Shown here: positions 6,621 to 7,323 of the stretch, piece by piece | Position numbering within the stretch: position 1 is the stretch's first letter | Layout of the letters: each line of letters begins with the position of its first letter | Assembly (NCBI RefSeq): GCF_006345805.1 | Contig: NW_021828847.1 | Location: 1-7,323 of the forward strand | Direction: 5' to 3' | DNA: 7,323 bases | DNA from: Octopus sinensis | Lineage: Eukaryota | Notes under the pieces: model-generated | Told to the model about the DNA's origin: nothing | What the model saw: only the letters and a program-made list of their open reading frames with translations | Databases searched by the model: none | Position numbers and translations under genes: made by a program

Positions 6621-6879
6621 ATGTCTATGTGTGGCTGTATAATGATAAGCGTGCCAACCATGATCCTATAGATATGTTTCTCATTTCTTTCAAAAACATG
6701 AAAAAAGTCAAGGTAGAAAATGCTAAAATGATTTTATAAAACACGTTTCGGTACCGGTTTCATTCATTGAGACATTTTCAACTGTAAGTATAGAAAACAA
6801 TTAAATTTTGGAAAAATTAAATGAAAAGGTACTACTGCTCCGGGCCAGAGCATGCCTGGAAGTGATGACATCTAAGAAA

Positions 6880-6987
6880 TAAGCATAATCAATTTGATTT
6901 ATACGAAATAATTTACGAACATGAATGGGTTATTTCTCTTGGTTATATATAAGGATCCCTTTTAGGGGCGAATGGGTTATTTCTCTT
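6880..6987 (-). repeat. Right arm of the 108-bp inverted repeat
   Basis: Contains a perfect 20-nt direct repeat, GAATGGGTTATTTCTCTTGG, at 6923-42 and 6970-89 (47-bp period). Confidence 0.93.
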
Positions 6988-7039
6988 GGATGTTTAAAAA
7001 TAATATATTTGTTTTATATAGTAGATATAAGAATCCCTT

Positions 7040-7208
7040 CCTGGGGCTCTATTATCGAGTTGTTCAACAATCTAACTATGTCACTAGTTTTCCAGACATG
7101 AACTCTAATCACGTGTCAAGTTTCATAAAAATCGATAAAACGATGTAGGAGGAGTTAGATAACAACGCCACAAACAAACGCATCCACAGATTTCCACATA
7201 TATACATA

Positions 7209-7210
<2 letters not shown>
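7040..7210 (+). mobile_element. Possible non-autonomous Helitron/Helentron-type (Lep1/DINE-1/HINE-like) fragment
   Basis: CAAGTTTCATAAAAATCG...GTAGGAGGAGTT...ACAAACAAAC...ATTTCCACATATATA resembles the 3' half of such elements as I recall it. No termini were identified. Confidence 0.35.

Positions 7211-7214
<4 letters not shown>

Positions 7215-7252
<38 letters not shown>
7215..7252 (+). repeat. (TG)19 microsatellite
   Basis: Perfect repeat. Confidence 0.97.
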
Positions 7253-7256
<4 letters not shown>

Positions 7257-7323
7257 TACAATAAAACAATGAAATTTTTTCATAAAATATATAATATATA
7301 ATACAAAAATCTGGCGTGTGATT

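Noticed and set aside
6740-6775. Minus-strand hammerhead-like string (CTCAATGA...CCGAAACGTGTT)
   Set aside because: The core is corrupted and helices I and II cannot be drawn convincingly. It may be a decayed pLTR ribozyme but cannot be supported from this copy.

Overview
Eukaryotic non-coding DNA, AT-rich and dense in microsatellites. The SINE families resemble ones I recall from Octopus, so a cephalopod origin is likely; this is inference, not a search result. No intact protein-coding gene is supported, and almost all ORFs in the track are artefacts of simple repeats or SINEs. The window holds three tRNA-derived SINE types: 669-1080 (+), a head-to-tail array at 2172-2852 (+), and a CORE-like copy at 3699-3953 (-). 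It also holds a modular GC-rich minisatellite (1607-1880) and a ~750-bp purine/pyrimidine-alternating tract. A heavily decayed Penelope-like element (RT thumb, linker and GIY-YIG remnant, ~6063-6620) sits between near-identical 108-bp inverted repeats. The best lead is a 325-nt unit at 4109-4452. It has a perfect 19-nt terminal direct repeat, lies between two (TA)n tracts, and carries a minimal type I hammerhead-ribozyme fold with a palindromic helix III (4273-4317). That fits a retrozyme-like monomer or a solo Penelope pseudo-LTR.
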